A DNA stretch of 38,195 bases, taken from NCBI RefSeq assembly GCF_006345805.1, contig NW_021835781.1:1-38195 (forward strand), written 5' to 3'. Under the pieces are notes generated by a model, which was not told where the DNA came from, did no database searches, and worked only from the letters and a program-made list of their open reading frames with translations. The stretch comes from Octopus sinensis (taxonomy: Eukaryota). Positions 33,961 through 38,195 of the stretch are shown here, one piece after another. The position numbers were made by a program, and so were the translations under genes. Positions within the stretch are counted from its first letter, which is position 1, and each line of letters opens with the position of its first letter.

Positions 33961-34231
33961 TATTATTTTTTCCCCCTTTTATTCTTCGTTAATGTTAGTG
34001 AGGTCATTAAAACATTGCAAATAAGAAGAAAACGTAAGTGACGTCTCGATGAGAATGGAGAAAACCTGAAAGAATGAGGACTTCTGCCGCCGGCTACCAG
34101 TCGTCGCTATAGTAACAGAATACGCACACTTAAAATTTAAATATTAAAAGAGTTAAAAATTTTTTAATTTAAAATCGTGATTTCATTTTTAATATAATTT
34201 TATTCAGCCTCTTGTATAAAAAATTTTCGTC

Positions 34232-34680
34232 GTGTTGAATAAAAACACGTTAGAATTACTAAACTGCGTAAACTTGGCAACGCGTTAATCGAATCCCTGA
34301 TTAGCTAGGGACTCCTAGCTTATTTAGACCAGTATTTATCTAAGCTAGAAAATCGAAAGCCAAGTCCATCAAAGAGGAAAAAATACGTAACTAAATACTG
34401 CCATCTATATAACAGAACACGGTACTAACACTAATATTTTTCTGTGTTAAATAAAAACACGTTAGAATTAATAAACTGCGTAAACTTGGCAACGCGTTAA
34501 TCGACTCCCTGATTAGCTAGGGACTCCTAGCTTATTTAGACCAGAATTTTATCTAAGCTAGAAAACTGAAAGCCAACTCCATCTTGGCGTGATATGAACT
34601 CAAAGAGAAAAAATACGTAACTAAATACTGCCATCTATATAACAGAACACGGTACTAACACTAATTTTTTCTATGTTAAA
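34232..34680. repeat. Tandem duplication of ~212 bp (two copies)
   Basis: gtgtt.aataaaaacacgttagaatt...ggtactaacactaat at 34232 and 34444. Copy 2 carries an 18-nt insert (34584-34601). Confidence 0.92.
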
Positions 34681-34949
34681 ACACTCTCAATTTCATGTTC
34701 TGGCCGTGGCACAAATCCACATATTTCTCGTTTTGTTTTGTGGTGCGGAGGAACATTAGACGAATACATCGCTCGCAGTGCTTTACCAGTACCTATTTAG
34801 TCGACTCCAGAAAAACGAAAAGGTAAAGCTGACATCGGTAGGCTTAAAGAGTGAAAGCGAAGTCATTAGTAAATTTAATCGATGTAAGACATTTTGCCGG
34901 TAACATGGCAATGCTCTCTGATCCACAATTTTTTTTATATTCTTGGAGC

Positions 34950-35068
34950 GACCAAGACCTTGTGATTGGATTTGATAGACGGGAACTCTAAGAAACCCGT
35001 CGTTTATATATATATATATATATATATACACCTATATATATAAACACCTATATACATATATATATAGA

Positions 35069-35100
<32 letters not shown>
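34950..35100 (+). mobile_element. SINE family B internal fragment running into (TA)n
   Basis: gaccaagaccttgtgattggatttgatagacgggaactctaagaaacccgtcg. Confidence 0.7.
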
Positions 35101-35107
<7 letters not shown>

Positions 35108-35382
35108 GAGCAATCTTCAGCTGCATAAAAATATAGATTTAATTGATGTAATGTTTTCATTGTTCAATTAAATGGAGTCGCATGAAACGATCGTACTGCA
35201 TTACCTCCGGATATACTTGTTGCTTATTTTGATTATAATCACCTTATTTTAAATTATATGGATAATACCATACTAAATTCTGGTGCATTCAACTTAAGTA
35301 CCATATTCATCTGAATCTAAATTTTAATGAACTTATATACACACAACACACACACCACACACACACATATACACACACACAC

Positions 35383-35423
<41 letters not shown>

Positions 35424-35659
35424 CGCCCTTGTTATATAGTTCTTTCATATATATATAAATTTTGCCTATAGGGCTCTGCGATCATTCCGATACCTAACGT
35501 ATGGTACACTTGTGAACCTCCACAAGCAGTATCCATTTGATGAATGGAGGGAACTTAGGTGCAACACAAATATTTTATCACTATTTACAAATCATCATGG
35601 TTGTTCGGCAAGACAATGCAGAACGCGTAAACTGTCGTGTAACAGCAGGAGAAAGTCCC

Positions 35660-35939
<280 letters not shown>

Positions 35940-36599
35940 CTGGTACAGTTGACTTTCTCCCGACCCGGCGGTCTAATATCCAAGCCCGGTAAATGTTGTC
36001 GACTGTATATTTTGTTAAATCTACGGGTACAAATCTGCCCAGTGTTATCTCCATTAGGAGTTTCCCATTGATGATGGCTAAAGAGCTAGAAACGGTGCGT
36101 TTAAACTTTCTCAGTATGCCGAGACCTGGAAACGAATCTCATTCTTCTTGATCGGAAACAAAATGTTTAACTACATGGAGTGTAAAACCGGAGACTATAT
36201 ATATTTCATAACAGATCCACCTTAAGATATTTTATTACAGCATAACTTTGTGTGATTACGCCCTATTAGGAATTCTTCTGCATAGATAACTTTTAATGTG
36301 TGGATTAAAAAGGATTTTAGTATAGATATTTCTATTAATATTGGAAGAACTGGGATATCTCAAAGAAGCGTTTGAGTGTTAAGGGTGAACATACTTATTG
36401 ATGATATCATGCATATGCACTGGATTCCTGCACTTTATTAGTTTTAAGAGCCTTAACATTTTAGTAGAAATAAAAAGGATAATGCCTGCTTAAGCGATAG
36501 AAATAAGATATTATACGAGAAATGAATATGTGGGTGGGTGCATGTGCCCCTGAGTATACATACATATATACACACAACAACACACATACATAGTATATA

Positions 36600-36735
36600 T
36601 ATATTATATAAATGCATAAATATATACGTACACATTTGTATAACCATATATACACATATATATTCTATATATATATATATATAAAGAGAGAGTAGATAGA
36701 TAGAAGTATAGATAGATTTAGGTACAATAGTATAT

Positions 36736-36777
<42 letters not shown>

Positions 36778-36900
36778 GCATAATATATACGTACACATTT
36801 GTATAACCATATATACACATATAATTCATATATATATAATATATATATATATATATAAAGAGAGAGTTAGATAGATAGATAGATAGATAGATTATGTACA
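36600..36900. repeat. ~163-bp tandem duplication within low-complexity DNA
   Basis: tacgtacacatttgtataaccatatatacacatat at 36625 and 36788, each followed by taaagagagag and (GATA)n. Confidence 0.85.
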
Positions 36901-37071
36901 TATATGTTATATATATATATATAATATATATATATATGTTTGATCATACATACACATACACACACGCATACATATATATCTGTGACTGTGTGCGCGGTGT
37001 TCTATGTATTTACTGAAAGGTGGAGACACGTAGAAAGGTTGAAAAGTGTATATATAGAAGTATACACCCCC

Positions 37072-37117
<46 letters not shown>

Positions 37118-37603
37118 CATCAAAAAATATATGCATGCATGTACGTGTGTGTGTGTGTATGTGTGCGTGAGAGAGAGACGGAGTGAGAGAGTATGTATAT
37201 GTATGTATGTATATATAGACAGAGAGAGCAGTTAGAGTATGAAGCATAAACAGGTAGGTATTTTCACTGACTGACAAGTGTTAATATCTCGAATGGTTTA
37301 TTTACTTATAACTGCTTATAATTCTGTAAAGTTGAAAAAGAAAAAAAAAATTCTTACCAAGCAACCTACAATATTAGCTTCTCACACATTTCCCTCTAAC
37401 TCAATTTGCCAAATCCAATATATATTTACCTCCTAACTGAATTTCTAATATGAAACGTTTTAGAAAACGTCTTCCATTTTGTCTGTTTGTTTGGGGATTT
37501 TTTTTTTTTTTTCACTATTTTGGCGCCTTTTTTTTTTCTTTTTTTCGACTCTCCATCTTCTTTGCTTTTATATCTCTGCTCTGCTTCCCTTCTTCTCCTT
37601 CAG

Positions 37604-37655
37604 ACATTTCTTGAAGCACAGAAACATGTCGACATATCTTAGAGCTATTTATGAA
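37604..37655 (+). CDS. Candidate exon (52 nt, phase 2-0)
   Basis: Long polypyrimidine tract ending ctccttcAG, donor GAA|GTAATG. Single open frame (R)HFLKHRNMSTYLRAIYE. Confidence 0.35.
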
Positions 37656-37904
37656 GTAATGTTCCTCCCCCACCCGCCGCCCCCATAAGCACTCCCACCA
37701 TTACTCCCACCATCGGCACCATCAACACCTCCATCTTGTTGTTGCAAGCGTTGTTGTAAGCTGTTATCTCGTTAAATGCATGTTGATTTCTTTTTTTATT
37801 TTCCTTCGTTTTTTTATACTCTTAATGTTCACCTCGTGGCTTCCATAATTATTTGCTGCTACTGCAACGACGATGACTACTACTATAACTACTGCTGCTA
37901 CTGT

Positions 37905-37957
37905 TATTGTTTTTTTTCTTCTTCTTCTTCTCTTCTTTCTTTTCTTCTTCTTCTTCT

Positions 37958-38003
<46 letters not shown>

Positions 38004-38151
38004 TTTCTTCTTCTTCGACAACAACAACTACTACTACTACAAATAAAATTATTGTTCATATGAATATTATTATTACTATTATTATTACTATTATTATTAC
38101 TACCATTATTCTTATGTATATATATATATAGAGAGAGAGAGATGGATAGAC

Positions 38152-38195
<44 letters not shown>
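37905..38195. repeat. (TTC)n, (ACT)n, (TTA)n and (GATA)n microsatellites
   Basis: Directly visible. Confidence 0.95.

Overview
AT-rich, microsatellite-saturated eukaryotic genomic DNA, most likely from an octopod cephalopod (inferred from recalled octopus-type tRNA-derived SINEs and the repeat landscape, not database-verified). No intact protein-coding gene or prokaryotic feature can be supported. Almost all ORF-track entries are microsatellite translations. By manual translation the window holds decayed relics of three non-LTR clades: RTE/BovB-like (2640-3270), R4/Dong-like (five pieces) and CR1-like (30030-30685). It also holds a Tigger/pogo transposase relic (32940-33960), a probable Penelope-like terminal repeat with a minimal hammerhead-like motif (8006-8040), a 431-bp MITE with TIRs, a 9-bp TSD and internal TTAGGG repeats, a second foldback MITE-like element, and about 15 copies of two SINE families. 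The most unusual structures are: a 97-bp-period array of seven SINE Pol III heads; a closely spaced inverted pair of SINE dimers (candidate dsRNA/ADAR substrate); a 380-bp tandem amplification of a retroelement 3' stub inside (TAA)n; a fold-back compound minisatellite; and a cluster of nuclear-receptor half-sites. Several short plus-strand candidate exons suggest the window may be largely intronic, but this is low confidence.
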